From positions 82,530-146,529 of IMG/VR virus record IMGVR_UViG_3300045988_172778: a stretch of DNA of 64,000 nt; one strand, given 5' to 3'. Origin of the DNA: a virus. The stretch's first letter is position 1. Each line of letters begins with the position of its first letter. The translations under genes and the position numbers were made by a program. Below the pieces are notes generated by a model, which had not been told where the DNA came from, did no database searches, and worked only from the letters and a program-made list of their open reading frames with translations. Shown piece by piece: positions 8,901-19,000 of the stretch.

Positions 8901-9236
8901 ATGAAAGACTATAAAAAATTAACCTTTAAAAGATTGGTAGAACCTTACGATGACGATTGCGAAGAAACCGAAAACGCGTCTACCGCAAGTTACGAGGAAA
9001 TTTTAGAACGCCTTGCTGAATTAGAAGATAAAATCGAGGACGGAACACTTGTTGAATTACCGTGCAAATGTATAGAAGAATTAGACATTATTAAAGACGG
9101 AATGATTTTTATTTTTTATAAAATGTGTTTAGAACAAAATTTGGGACAAGGGGTTTTTCTCGAATACAAATCAAAAATCAATGAGTGGTTTAAAAGCTAT
9201 TTAAAAAACAAAGGATTACAGGAGAAAGAGAAATGA
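8901..9236 (+). CDS. hypothetical protein, paralog family A
   Basis: ATG at 8901 behind AAGGAG; the N-terminus MKDYKKLTFK...ASYEEILERLAELEDKIEDGTL matches the next gene. Confidence 0.7.
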   Translation: MKDYKKLTFKRLVEPYDDDCEETENASTASYEEILERLAELEDKIEDGTLVELPCKCIEELDIIKDGMIFIFYKMCLEQNLGQGVFLEYKSKINEWFKSYLKNKGLQEKEK

Positions 9237-9721
9237 AAGACTATAAAAGATTGACTTTTAAAAAAAGTAAAAACATATCTTCTGCAAGTTACGACGAATT
9301 ATTAAATCGTCTTACCGATCTGGAAGATAAAATCGAAAACGGAACTCTTATTGAGGTTGAGTCGCCTTGTACAGAAGAAAAGTTTGATTATATTTGCAAG
9401 TATTATGAGAATGGCTTGTGTCATCTTGGTGAGGAATTATTTGGTACTCCACCTCAGTTTCAGTTGTGTGATTGTATAAATGACTTTGAAAATTGTATGG
9501 GTTCTAAACCAATTAAATATGAAAAAGAACAGAAGATTGGCATAACTCTTAAAGAAATCAAACAGGATGCCATTACACAATTAATCAATCTTGTAAATAA
9601 AAAATTGAATACATTGTGTAATAATAAACGCAACACCAAATTATCGGCTTTTTATTTATCCAATATGATAAAAGAAGCTTTACATGAACTTGGATATGAG
9701 GTTCGAATATATGAAATGTAA
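9233..9721 (+). CDS. hypothetical protein, paralog family A plus Cys-rich module
   Basis: MKDYKRLTFK...SYDELLNRLTDLEDKIENGTL; central YENGLCH...CDCINDFENC...IKYEKE module. Confidence 0.7.
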   Translation: MKDYKRLTFKKSKNISSASYDELLNRLTDLEDKIENGTLIEVESPCTEEKFDYICKYYENGLCHLGEELFGTPPQFQLCDCINDFENCMGSKPIKYEKEQKIGITLKEIKQDAITQLINLVNKKLNTLCNNKRNTKLSAFYLSNMIKEALHELGYEVRIYEM

Positions 9722-10292
9722 ATTTTATTCTGAATATATTTGTAATCATTATGGGAATGGCTTGTGTCATTATTTTGAGCACTTTGGTGGTCTGCCTCAA
9801 TCGTGTAATCATATAAATGATTTTGAAAATTGCATTTGTTTTGAGCCAATTGAATATGAAAAAGAGTCATTCCCTTATAGTTTAAATAGAGTGGAAGGAA
9901 AGGTACTTTTTAGGTTGTTTAAAGAATATAGAAAAGACCAAGATAAGTTAGATAAATTAGTAGAAGCATTTGAATCTTATTTATCAAATGCTGTTAAAAG
10001 TCCTGCTAATGCAGAAGGCAAATGCGATAATGAAGATACTTTATATAGAATCATAAAAGAAAGAATTGAAGATAAGGAGGAACCATATCCTTCTACTTTA
10101 AAATATGATAAAGTAGAAACTGTGAAACTAATGCCTGATAATGGTATAGATAAAAGAGCTTTAACAATTCAAAACTGTGATAAAATTATTCTAAAACCAA
10201 AAAGTCTTGAAGTAGAAGTTAAAATTGAAAAAGATAATTTTGATGATTTTGATTATATTATTATAAATGAACATAAGTTTAAGAGGATATAA
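9711..10292 (+). CDS. hypothetical protein with Cys-rich module
   Basis: ATG at 9711; MKCKFYSEYICNHYGNGLCH...CNHINDFENCICFEPIEYEKE repeats the module of the upstream gene. Confidence 0.65.
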   Translation: MKCKFYSEYICNHYGNGLCHYFEHFGGLPQSCNHINDFENCICFEPIEYEKESFPYSLNRVEGKVLFRLFKEYRKDQDKLDKLVEAFESYLSNAVKSPANAEGKCDNEDTLYRIIKERIEDKEEPYPSTLKYDKVETVKLMPDNGIDKRALTIQNCDKIILKPKSLEVEVKIEKDNFDDFDYIIINEHKFKRI

Positions 10293-10295
10293 ATT

Positions 10296-10682
10296 ATGGT
10301 TATAGAAGTTTATAGTAAAAAAGATTCTAATAATTATAGAATTTATGAAAAAGTAGTAGATGTTATTGATTTAATAGATAGAGTTCAGTTTACTGTTTAT
10401 AAGCCTAATCACGAATCTTATAGGTTTGACTATGACGAATACGATTGGAGAGAATTAACTATGGATGAAGCTATAGCTCGTGGAATTTGCATTAAAGAGA
10501 ATGAAAACCTTAAATACACACTAACTGTAAATGACTCTGGATATGGAATGAATTGCATAAAGTGTGAAAGAATTATTTTTATTAAACCTAAGGCTGGAGA
10601 TTCTGTAGAGTTAGATTCTAAAAAATTATCTGAACTCGATTGGATAAATATAAACGGGATTAAATTTAAGAGAGAAAAATAA
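10296..10682 (+). CDS. hypothetical protein
   Basis: AAGAGG SD then ATG; AT-rich. Confidence 0.65.
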   Translation: MVIEVYSKKDSNNYRIYEKVVDVIDLIDRVQFTVYKPNHESYRFDYDEYDWRELTMDEAIARGICIKENENLKYTLTVNDSGYGMNCIKCERIIFIKPKAGDSVELDSKKLSELDWININGIKFKREK

Positions 10683-10885
10683 TGTCAGATATGATAGAAA
10701 GTAAAGAAACAGAAAGATTATATAATTCTCCAGAATTTTTTACTTACAGAGAATCTATAATTGAAGAAATGAAAAATCTTAATGCAACTAAAGAAGAACT
10801 GGCTTTACTGGCTGACAATACAGTTATAAATGGATTAGTAAATAAAAGAAATCCAAAATCAGTAGCTCTTGCCGTTCTACAATAA
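10682..10885 (+). CDS. hypothetical protein
   Basis: TAATG start/stop overlap with the upstream gene. Confidence 0.6.
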   Translation: MSDMIESKETERLYNSPEFFTYRESIIEEMKNLNATKEELALLADNTVINGLVNKRNPKSVALAVLQ

Positions 10886-10911
10886 AAGATTTAAGGAGAA
10901 GGATTAAATAT

Positions 10912-11187
10912 ATGAAAATTCTAATAAATAAAACTTATCAACCTTTTTATAATGCTGTGCCTCAAGAATTTTATGATGCGTATAATATAACTGGTGTAGA
11001 CCAACTTTGTTTAAGCAGAAAAGATCCAAGATTGATTAAATGGTTGGAGGATCACCCAGAGCAACAGCATCGCACTATTTGGGTAGAAGAAGTTCCAAAA
11101 GGGACTAAATATAGAATTGTTGTATTAGAAAGTGGTTGCGAAGATATTGAATGTTTTGATGACATTGTGTGGGAAATTGCAGATTAA
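10912..11187 (+). CDS. hypothetical protein
   Basis: AAGGAG SD then ATG. Confidence 0.65.
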   Translation: MKILINKTYQPFYNAVPQEFYDAYNITGVDQLCLSRKDPRLIKWLEDHPEQQHRTIWVEEVPKGTKYRIVVLESGCEDIECFDDIVWEIAD

Positions 11188-11203
11188 TAGGAGGATTGAA
11201 TAT

Positions 11204-11653
11204 ATGAAATGCAAGTTTTATTCGGAAGAGATAGGCAAATGCTTATTTGATGGACCACCAGATGATTGTCCTTTTGAAAATAATGAAGATAATTGCGCTT
11301 GTTTTGAACCCAAAATGATTGAATACGGAAGCAGCGACGTGCATAATGACGAAGACGAGTTTTACAAGAAATATTGCAGAGGATGCAGTTCGTTGGTGTG
11401 CAGTGGCGTCAGAGATACGATCGCAAGAGAGGGTTGTAGATATTATCGGCATGAAATGAAGAAAGAAACTCCCGACAATTTGCCTTTACCCGAAGGCGTC
11501 ATACCACTCAAGGGCTACAAAATCGCATTGCCGAAATATTCCGCAAGGATTTCAATTGGCAGTTTGCAAATAAATTTAACTGACAAAACGTTCACCGAAG
11601 AGCAAATCAAAAATATGAAAGAAATGCTTGGTTGGGAGGTTGAAAACTTATAA
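11204..11653 (+). CDS. hypothetical protein with Cys-rich module
   Basis: AGGAGG SD then ATG at 11204; MKCKFYSEEIGKC...CPFENNEDNCACFEP is related to the module at 9711. Confidence 0.65.
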   Translation: MKCKFYSEEIGKCLFDGPPDDCPFENNEDNCACFEPKMIEYGSSDVHNDEDEFYKKYCRGCSSLVCSGVRDTIAREGCRYYRHEMKKETPDNLPLPEGVIPLKGYKIALPKYSARISIGSLQINLTDKTFTEEQIKNMKEMLGWEVENL

Positions 11654-12018
11654 TGGAAATTTTGCGAGTGATATTTTTCATACAAGCAGGAGTAACTATT
11701 TCTCTTTCCGTTGGATTGATAACAGAAGGTATTTCGTCAGGTAAATTTGGAATTTTAAATTTACTTGTGAGATCGACGGTTTTGAATAAATTTGGAAAAA
11801 TTTTTTCAATTATATTATATGTACTTATTAGCCCGTTTTGGGCGATAGTGGATACATTGTGGCTTACAATGACATATAAGAAGGATAATGTAAAATGCAA
11901 TAACTGCGGGGAAAGTTTTTATGCAAAAACCGCTGAGAAGGCACCCGCCATTACGGGTGTTGCAAAATGTCCTCATTGTGGTGAGTTTAATGTGATAGAT
12001 AAAGGAGAGCAAAAATGA
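11653..12018 (+). CDS. membrane protein with C-terminal zinc ribbon
   Basis: hydrophobic N-terminal two thirds; CNNCG...CPHCG. Confidence 0.65.
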   Translation: MEILRVIFFIQAGVTISLSVGLITEGISSGKFGILNLLVRSTVLNKFGKIFSIILYVLISPFWAIVDTLWLTMTYKKDNVKCNNCGESFYAKTAEKAPAITGVAKCPHCGEFNVIDKGEQK

Positions 12019-12128
12019 GATTGGAGCTTGCGAGATATTCTATTAGTTATTACTTTACAGAAAGCGAACTTGAAAAGGTACGTGCTGAGATTAATTATGC
12101 TCTCCGCGTTGCAGATAATGATGAATAA
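12015..12128 (+). CDS. small hypothetical protein (37 aa)
   Basis: ATGA overlap with the upstream stop; ends just before the SD of the next gene. Confidence 0.4.
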   Translation: MRLELARYSISYYFTESELEKVRAEINYALRVADNDE

Positions 12129-12142
12129 AAGAGGTGTTTTAT

Positions 12143-12322
12143 ATGAAATTAGAACCGATATACAACAGATGCACAACCGTTTCCACTGCGATGAAAGTTT
12201 GTCACTTAAAGGCGATTTTAGAAGATTTGCCCGACGATATGCCTGTGGTAATTCCCGCTCGCGTCGATGAAAATTACCACATTTTGACAAATTGTGTCGC
12301 AAATTCAACATTCTGTACTTGA
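12143..12322 (+). CDS. small hypothetical protein, possibly the N-terminal part of a frame-broken gene
   Basis: AAGAGGTG SD then ATG; its 3' end overlaps the SD-less start of the 588-aa ORF lying in the +1 frame. Confidence 0.5.
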   Translation: MKLEPIYNRCTTVSTAMKVCHLKAILEDLPDDMPVVIPARVDENYHILTNCVANSTFCT

Positions 12323-14060
12323 AGATGAGCCTGTAAAAAGAATTGCGTTATTGAAATCTTTTACGACCCAAAATATTAAAATTGTAACAGAAGAAGAGGC
12401 TAAAGATGTTGTTTTAGGAGCAGTAAAAGATTTTTGCGCGTCTTCTCGCCCGCTTAGTTCTGATAGTTTCAATTTGGTTGTTTCGGCGATTAACGAATAT
12501 AATTTTATTCCCGAAACCAAATCTTCGAATACCGCGATTGGTTTGCTTATAGAGACAAGAAGAGTTGAGTTTTCCAACCAGTTAAAACTTAATGAATTTC
12601 CAAAAGTGGTTGAAGAATTGAATTATCGGTGTTATGAAAATAAAAACGTAAAAAAACTTAACTTAAAGAATAAAGATAGAAAATTCTTGATTTCGATTCT
12701 CGATAAAATGTTATCTCGCGAGATCACTGTTTCTGATTTAATTTTATGTTTAGAAAAGAGAAAAATCTGGAAAGGGATTTTACATCATTTGCACTATTCT
12801 AATAAGCTTTTACAGAATTATATATATAACGATTCCCTCTCGTCTTTTATGGGCGTGTTCGAGCGTAAAATAGAGAGTTGTTCTTTTGTTGAAACGATAA
12901 AGTGTTTAGATGCGCAAAAAGGTCCTGCGGCAGTTATCAGAAATTTAGATTATATAATTTCTCGATATAAGGATATTTCACGTCAAGAAATGTTCAAAAT
13001 ACTTATGCCCATTATCGATAAGACGAATAACGTTGTTCTTCTTCAGATGATAAATCATTATAACAACTTTGAAAGAGACAGGAGATTTTATTCGTTTTCA
13101 AAGTTCGGGCTCAAAAAGAACCATTCTCAAACCGATAAAGAAATGGCGGTTTGCCAAACAAGTAGAATCCCTGAAAACATTATTGATTGGCTTAAAGGGT
13201 GGTTTATGGCTGCTTTAGCCGCAAACATGAGGGAGTTGAATGTAGACAAGGTTTATATCGATCCTGTATTTAAAAAGATTGCCCCTCCCTTAGATATGGC
13301 AGCAATGAATGGAGGCACTGGTGTTTTGCCCGCTGGCTCGAGGCTTTCAATACCCGAAGGCGCAGTTGTTCGTGCATTTACTTATTGGGAAAAAGTCAAC
13401 GATATTGATTTATCAGCTTTTCTTTGCGATGACAATATGAAAAAAATTGAAGAATTTAGCTGGCGTAGTTATGCGGGCAATGGTTCTGCTTCGTCTGGAT
13501 TCATTTTCTCGGGCGACCAAACGAGCGGTTATTGTGGCGGAAGCGAATATTTCGATTTTGATTTTGAAATCATTCAGAAAAAATACCCGACAGGCAGATA
13601 CATAGTCTTAAATGACAATGTTTATAGCGGCGGAAACTTTTCGGATTGTTTCTGTAAAGCAGGTTTTATGCTTCGCGATAAATTCAAAAGCGGAAAAGTT
13701 TACGAACCGAAAACAGTTAAGACATCGTTTTTGATTAACGCGAAATCGTCTTATTGCCATTTATTTGCAATTGATTTAAAGACGCGGGAAATCGTTTGGC
13801 TGAACATAAATAAAGATTCAAAAGCGATAGTAGCTGGAATCGAAAGCAATCAATACCTTAAAAAGTATATGACACTGACAGAAAAGTACAATATTTACGA
13901 TTTGTTTATTTGCGCTGGGACATCTGCACAAACCATGGAAGAATGTGTTGGCGAAAAAGATCTGATTTTCACCCCTGAGAGATTGGATTTCAAAACAAAA
14001 GCCGACGTTATAACACTGGAAGATTTGGAAAAGATAAATAAATATATCGAAAGTAAATAA
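12294..14060 (+). CDS. large protein with C-terminal TerD-like domain
   Basis: C-terminal VNDIDLSAFLCDD...FIFSGDQTSGYCGGSEYFDFDF...RYIVLNDNVYSG...AGFMLRD follows the TerD-fold motif order; GTG start with no SD. Confidence 0.5.
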   Translation: MSQIQHSVLEDEPVKRIALLKSFTTQNIKIVTEEEAKDVVLGAVKDFCASSRPLSSDSFNLVVSAINEYNFIPETKSSNTAIGLLIETRRVEFSNQLKLNEFPKVVEELNYRCYENKNVKKLNLKNKDRKFLISILDKMLSREITVSDLILCLEKRKIWKGILHHLHYSNKLLQNYIYNDSLSSFMGVFERKIESCSFVETIKCLDAQKGPAAVIRNLDYIISRYKDISRQEMFKILMPIIDKTNNVVLLQMINHYNNFERDRRFYSFSKFGLKKNHSQTDKEMAVCQTSRIPENIIDWLKGWFMAALAANMRELNVDKVYIDPVFKKIAPPLDMAAMNGGTGVLPAGSRLSIPEGAVVRAFTYWEKVNDIDLSAFLCDDNMKKIEEFSWRSYAGNGSASSGFIFSGDQTSGYCGGSEYFDFDFEIIQKKYPTGRYIVLNDNVYSGGNFSDCFCKAGFMLRDKFKSGKVYEPKTVKTSFLINAKSSYCHLFAIDLKTREIVWLNINKDSKAIVAGIESNQYLKKYMTLTEKYNIYDLFICAGTSAQTMEECVGEKDLIFTPERLDFKTKADVITLEDLEKINKYIESK

Positions 14061-14066
14061 TTTTTT

Positions 14067-14103
14067 AAGAACTTGCGGCTAAATGCTTGACAAGTTCTTT
14101 TTT
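14067..14103 (+). terminator. rho-independent terminator overlapping the next promoter
   Basis: AAGAACTTG (14067-14075) pairs with CAAGTTCTT (14091-14099), then a T-run; the -35 box lies in the loop and 3' arm. Confidence 0.7.
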
Positions 14104-14115
14104 ATCTGCTATAAT
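14087..14115 (+). promoter_or_regulatory. sigma-A/sigma-70 consensus promoter
   Basis: TTGACA 14087-14092, 17-nt spacer, TGc then TATAAT 14110-14115; close copy of the promoter at 3816. Confidence 0.8.
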
Positions 14116-14139
14116 AGAGACACAATCGGAGGTAGAAAT

Positions 14140-14631
14140 ATGGAAATTGTAACTTGGATCATTTCAGCAGTTGTTCAGGTGGCTTTGGCGATCGGGTTTT
14201 TTGTGGTTTATACACAATACCAAAAAGCGACGAAAAAGGCTCGCGGCTTGGAACGCGAAGTTGAGAAACTCACGCAGCCGAATTTAGTCTCTTTAAACCC
14301 CGAAACTTATAACGTGATTTCGCGGTGGATTAAAGATTGCGGAGTTATGCAGGTCGGGATTGCATTAAAATACGAAAAAGAGAAACGGGGTTATCGTGCC
14401 CTGATTTACACGGATCGTGTAGGGTATCTCATCGGGAAAGCGGGTTGCAAAGTCGCGGCGGTTAAAAAGGAACTCATGGAGCTGAAACAAGCGAATAATA
14501 TCGTAGGCGTGGAAATCAACGAGGTTTTGGGTTTCATCAATCAAAGAGAAATAGACGTGGACGATTATTACAGCGCGTATATGGTGAATTGGCAAGCTTA
14601 CGAAGAAGCGGGCGAAGAAGTGATATATTAA
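14140..14631 (+). CDS. membrane-anchored KH-domain protein
   Basis: ATG at 14140 behind GGAGGTAG; N-terminal TM (IVTWIISAVVQVALAIGFFVV), short coiled coil, KH GXXG motif in GYLIGKAGCKVAAVKKEL. Confidence 0.5.
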   Translation: MEIVTWIISAVVQVALAIGFFVVYTQYQKATKKARGLEREVEKLTQPNLVSLNPETYNVISRWIKDCGVMQVGIALKYEKEKRGYRALIYTDRVGYLIGKAGCKVAAVKKELMELKQANNIVGVEINEVLGFINQREIDVDDYYSAYMVNWQAYEEAGEEVIY

Positions 14632-14658
14632 AACGACGATTTTATTTGGAGATAAAAG

Positions 14659-15063
14659 ATGGAATACATAAAAGGTAAAGAACTCGAAACATTCGACGAT
14701 TTTAGATTTGCAGAAAAACCTGTAATTTTTGAAAATAAGATTGGGTGGTCTATAGAGGCCGACCTTGAATGGATGTCGGTTGATGAATTTATAGGCTATA
14801 AAAGAAGTGGGTATCGTTTTTATGAAAGAGTAAAGCCTGATAAGGGTATTTGGCATAAAGTATCGGAAGACGGATTGCCTAAAACAAATGATTATATATT
14901 AGTCTATCTTCGTAGTCGAAGCAAGTCGTATCACCCGACTGTTTCGATGGCTAGGTATACTCCAAATTATGGAGGTTGGTGGATTGCTGTAAATTCCTCT
15001 GAAACGCTCGACGATGATGATGAAGTTGTCGCGTGGATGGAAATTCCTGAATACGAAGAATAA
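14659..15063 (+). CDS. DUF551-like protein
   Basis: C-terminal W-H-x-V-x-x-x-LP...VVAWMEIPEY pattern; paralogs at 30563 and 30772. Confidence 0.55.
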   Translation: MEYIKGKELETFDDFRFAEKPVIFENKIGWSIEADLEWMSVDEFIGYKRSGYRFYERVKPDKGIWHKVSEDGLPKTNDYILVYLRSRSKSYHPTVSMARYTPNYGGWWIAVNSSETLDDDDEVVAWMEIPEYEE

Positions 15064-15095
15064 TAAAATTGCAGTTTTATCGAGTGGAGGTTGAA

Positions 15096-16064
15096 ATGGA
15101 GTATAGATGTAGGATATGTGGAAAGTTAGCGGAAGAAGATGCACATTTTTATAAAACAAAAATGTTATGTAATAGACATTACATTCAAATGTATCGTTAT
15201 GGGAAAATCATGGATACCATCCCGCGCGGCATTTTAAAACATGTTTGTGTGGTTTGTGGAGATACAAAATCTTGTCGATATCAAGTTTGGCATGGTGGCG
15301 GCGAATACGATGGGCAAGAAGTATGTTCAAAGCATTATACCCAATTAAGAAATAAGGGTAAAATTTTGGATTCAGCTCCTGCTCCACATATTAATGTAGA
15401 AGATAGAGTCTGTGATGTTTGTGGTTCAACACATCATGTGATTTATCATAACGGAAGATATTATTGTTTAAGGCACTATTCGCAAATTAAAAACCTCGGT
15501 GGTTTACGCCCGATAACAGTTTTCGATAGAAATGAATATGATACAGACGGCGATATAACTTATATTTATATTAGAAACGGTAAGAATGAACGTATCGCTA
15601 CTTGTAAAATAGATACGGAAGATCTTGATAGAATAATTAAGCATAAGTGGAGCTTAGGAACGTGGGGCTATGCTTCGGCCATGCTTGACGGCAACAGTAT
15701 AATGATGCAGCGTTATATACTTAGTGTGTATGACAAAAAAGATATTGTAGATCATATAAATAGAGATCCACTTGATAATAGAAAGAGTAATTTAAGGATA
15801 GTAAATAAATCTTTAAACTCAATAAATACAGGGCTACGAGCGAATAATGTAAGCGGTGTGACTGGTGTTAGTTGGAGTAATTCATTATCTCATTGGCGTG
15901 CTTATATAAATTATGATGGAAAAAGAATAGAACTAGGATGCTTTGATTCATTCGAAGAAGCGGTTACCGCTCGTTTAATGGCCGAAAATAAATATTATGC
16001 TGGGTTGCAACCCCAAATAGAATTATTTGAGAAATACGGAGTTAAAATAGAAAATGGGCAATAA
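15096..16064 (+). CDS. HNH homing endonuclease with AP2 DNA-binding domain
   Basis: three CxxCG...RHYxQ repeats, HNH motif VDHINRDPLDNRKSNLRIV, AP2-like SGVTGVSWSNSLSHWRAYINYDGKRIELGCFDSFEEA. Confidence 0.85.
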   Translation: MEYRCRICGKLAEEDAHFYKTKMLCNRHYIQMYRYGKIMDTIPRGILKHVCVVCGDTKSCRYQVWHGGGEYDGQEVCSKHYTQLRNKGKILDSAPAPHINVEDRVCDVCGSTHHVIYHNGRYYCLRHYSQIKNLGGLRPITVFDRNEYDTDGDITYIYIRNGKNERIATCKIDTEDLDRIIKHKWSLGTWGYASAMLDGNSIMMQRYILSVYDKKDIVDHINRDPLDNRKSNLRIVNKSLNSINTGLRANNVSGVTGVSWSNSLSHWRAYINYDGKRIELGCFDSFEEAVTARLMAENKYYAGLQPQIELFEKYGVKIENGQ

Positions 16065-19000
16065 AAATTATGTTTGTTATCACCTCCATACCGAAGATAG
16101 TCTTCTCGATAGTTGCACAAACCATCGACTTTATTCCGATAAAGCAAAAGAGTTAGGGCAAACCGCTATTGGTTTCTCAGAACATGGAAATTGCTATAAC
16201 TGGATCGAAAAGAAAGAATATTGCGAAGCTCTCGGATTAAAATATATTCACGGTATAGAAATATATCTCATTGAGCACCTTGAACCAAAAGTACGTGATA
16301 ACTATCACACTATACTTATTGCAAAAGATTATGAGGGGGTGAAAACAATTAACTCTCTCTTTAGTTTGTCAACCGATGAAGCGCATTTTTATTACAAACC
16401 CCGTTTATCGTTTGATGAATTTAAAAGTATATCATCAGAGCACGTGATTAGAATAAGTGCGTGTCTTGCATCACCGCTTAATAAATTGCGTGATGAAAGC
16501 CTTATTCGGTATTATGATTATTTAGAGGTTCAACCCCATATAAACAGCGAAGCACAAAAAGAGTATAATTTGTGGCTGTATGATATGGCGCAAAAATATC
16601 ACAAACCGCTTATCGCTGGAACTGATACTCATAGTATCAATCAATATAAAGCCGAGTGCCGTTCGGTTTTGCAGACCGCTAAAAAAATCGAATTTACAAA
16701 CGAAGACGAGTTTGATTTAACATATAAAAGTTATGAAGAGCTTTGCGATATGTTCAAAACGCAGGGTGTATTATCCGAACAAACATATCTTGAAGCGATT
16801 GAAAACACCAACGTGATGGCGGCGTCTATAGAAGAATTTAAGCTCGATAAAACATTCAAATATGCAAAATGTTATGAAGATGATGAACTCGAACTTAAAC
16901 GTAGATGTAACGAAAGATATAAAGACAAAATTACTCGTGGAGTTATTAAGCCTAATAAACAATATATTGAAAATGTGAGAGAAGAATTTCGTGTTTTCAA
17001 AAAAATTGGTATGCTGGGGTTTATGTTGTTTATGTCCGACCTTGTAAGTTGGTGTTGGCAAAACGGCATCCCAATTGGCTTTTGTCGTGGGAGTTGTGGG
17101 GGATCCACAATTGCATATCTTATAGATATTATTGACGTAGATCCCGTAGTCTGGCATACGGTATTCTCACGTTTTGCCAATGAAAACCGTACAGAATTGG
17201 GCGATATCGATATCGATATAAGCCCCACACAGCGAGAACTTGTTTATAAGCATATAATTGATACTTACGGCGTCGATTATACTGGTTATATACTTGCCAT
17301 CGGTACAATTTCCGATAAAGGGACCATCGACGAAATTGGCAGGGCATTGCAAACTCGTTGGAAACGTTCTGATAAGGGATATTTGAAACTTGTATCTTAT
17401 TATGAAAATAAAGGACAAAAACCCGTAATTGATAACGAATTTATTCCTTATTACGATGAAAAAAGAAAGGCTGAACTATTGCGTAAATATATCGACGACA
17501 AGTCGCCATTCTGCTTAAATCGTATTGCCCAAATTAAAGACGAATACGACCAAAATCCCGAGAACACAAAGAAAAAATATCCCGATTTATTTTATTATTT
17601 TGACGGATTGTTAAATACGGCGATATCACAATCTATGCACCCCGCTGGAATTATTGTAAGCCCTATAACATTGCAAGATAATTACGGGATGTTCTGGTCT
17701 GACGGTAAAAGAATTCTTCAAATTAATATGGAAGAATGTCATGAGGTATCACTTAATAAATACGATTTATTGGGTTTGAAGAACGTTGAAATTATTAAAG
17801 ACACCTGTGTGTTTGCTGGTATACCATATCCAAAATCCTATCAAATCAACTGGGAAGACCAAGCGGTATGGAAAGACATGCTTACTTCTCCCGCAGGAAT
17901 ATTTCAGTTTGAAGGAAAATACGCTTTCGATATGTTAAAACAGTTTGTGCCGTCTAAAATAAACCACTTAAGTTTGGTAAACGCCGCCCTTCGTCCGTCT
18001 GGCGCTTCGTACCGAGATCGTCTTATGGCACACGAAATCAATAAAAACCCATCGCCAATTATCGACGACTTACTTAAAGATAACAATGGTTTTCTTGTTT
18101 TCCAAGAAGATACAATTGCTTTTCTTCAAAAGATTTGTGGATTAAGCGGTGGTGACGCAGACAACGTTCGTAGAGCGATCGGTCGTAAGCAAAAAGATCG
18201 ACTCGATGCGGCTCTTCCTCAAATACTCGAAGGCTATTGCTCGAAGTCTGATAAACCTCGCGCAGAAGCAGAAAAAGAGGCAAAAGCGTTTTTACAAATT
18301 ATTGAGGACTCTGCGAATTATCAATTTGGATTTAATCATTCCACAGGTTACAGTATGATCGGTTATACTTGTGCGTTTTTGCGTTATTATTACCCAACCG
18401 AATTTATTGCGGCATACTTGAATAACGCGAACAATGATGACGATATTCAAATGGGGACACAGTTGGCAGAATTTAAACATATCCCAATTTTGCCACCTAA
18501 GTTCAGACATTCAAAAGATGTTTATGTACCCGATGCAAAAGAGAAAAAGATATACAAAGGGTTGAGTTCGATTAAGTTTTTATCGTCGGATATTGCTTCT
18601 CAACTTTACGAAATGCGAGATATGAAATTCGATTCGTTTGTTGATTTTCTTAAGGTTAGCCCTTTGAATTCTAAACAGTTGTATATTCTTACGGTTTTAG
18701 ATTTCTTTTCGGAGTTTGGTGGTGTTGGCAAACTTCTTACGATCGTCGATATGTACAACACTTATTCAGGTAAGAAACTTCTCAAAAAAGAGACCTGCAC
18801 TCTTCCTCGCGAGGCGGTTCTCCAATTCGCGACTGAGACCGAAAAGCAATATCGCATAACCGATTCCGCCGCGCTTGTTTCTTATCTTTGCGAGAACGCT
18901 AAACCAAAGGAATTCACACTTTCCGAGCGATTGGCTTCCGAGTTGGAGTATTTGGGATATTTGAGCTTTAAGAGCACAGACGCGAGGGATAAATACAACG

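Noticed and set aside
14083-14139. N-terminal extensions in the ORF track that begin upstream of promoters (14083, 26152, 24920, 21675, 15069, 46002, 56008 and others)
   Set aside because: The extensions read through the -35 and -10 boxes or the preceding gene. In each case an internal ATG with a GGAGG-type SD at proper spacing is available and was used instead.
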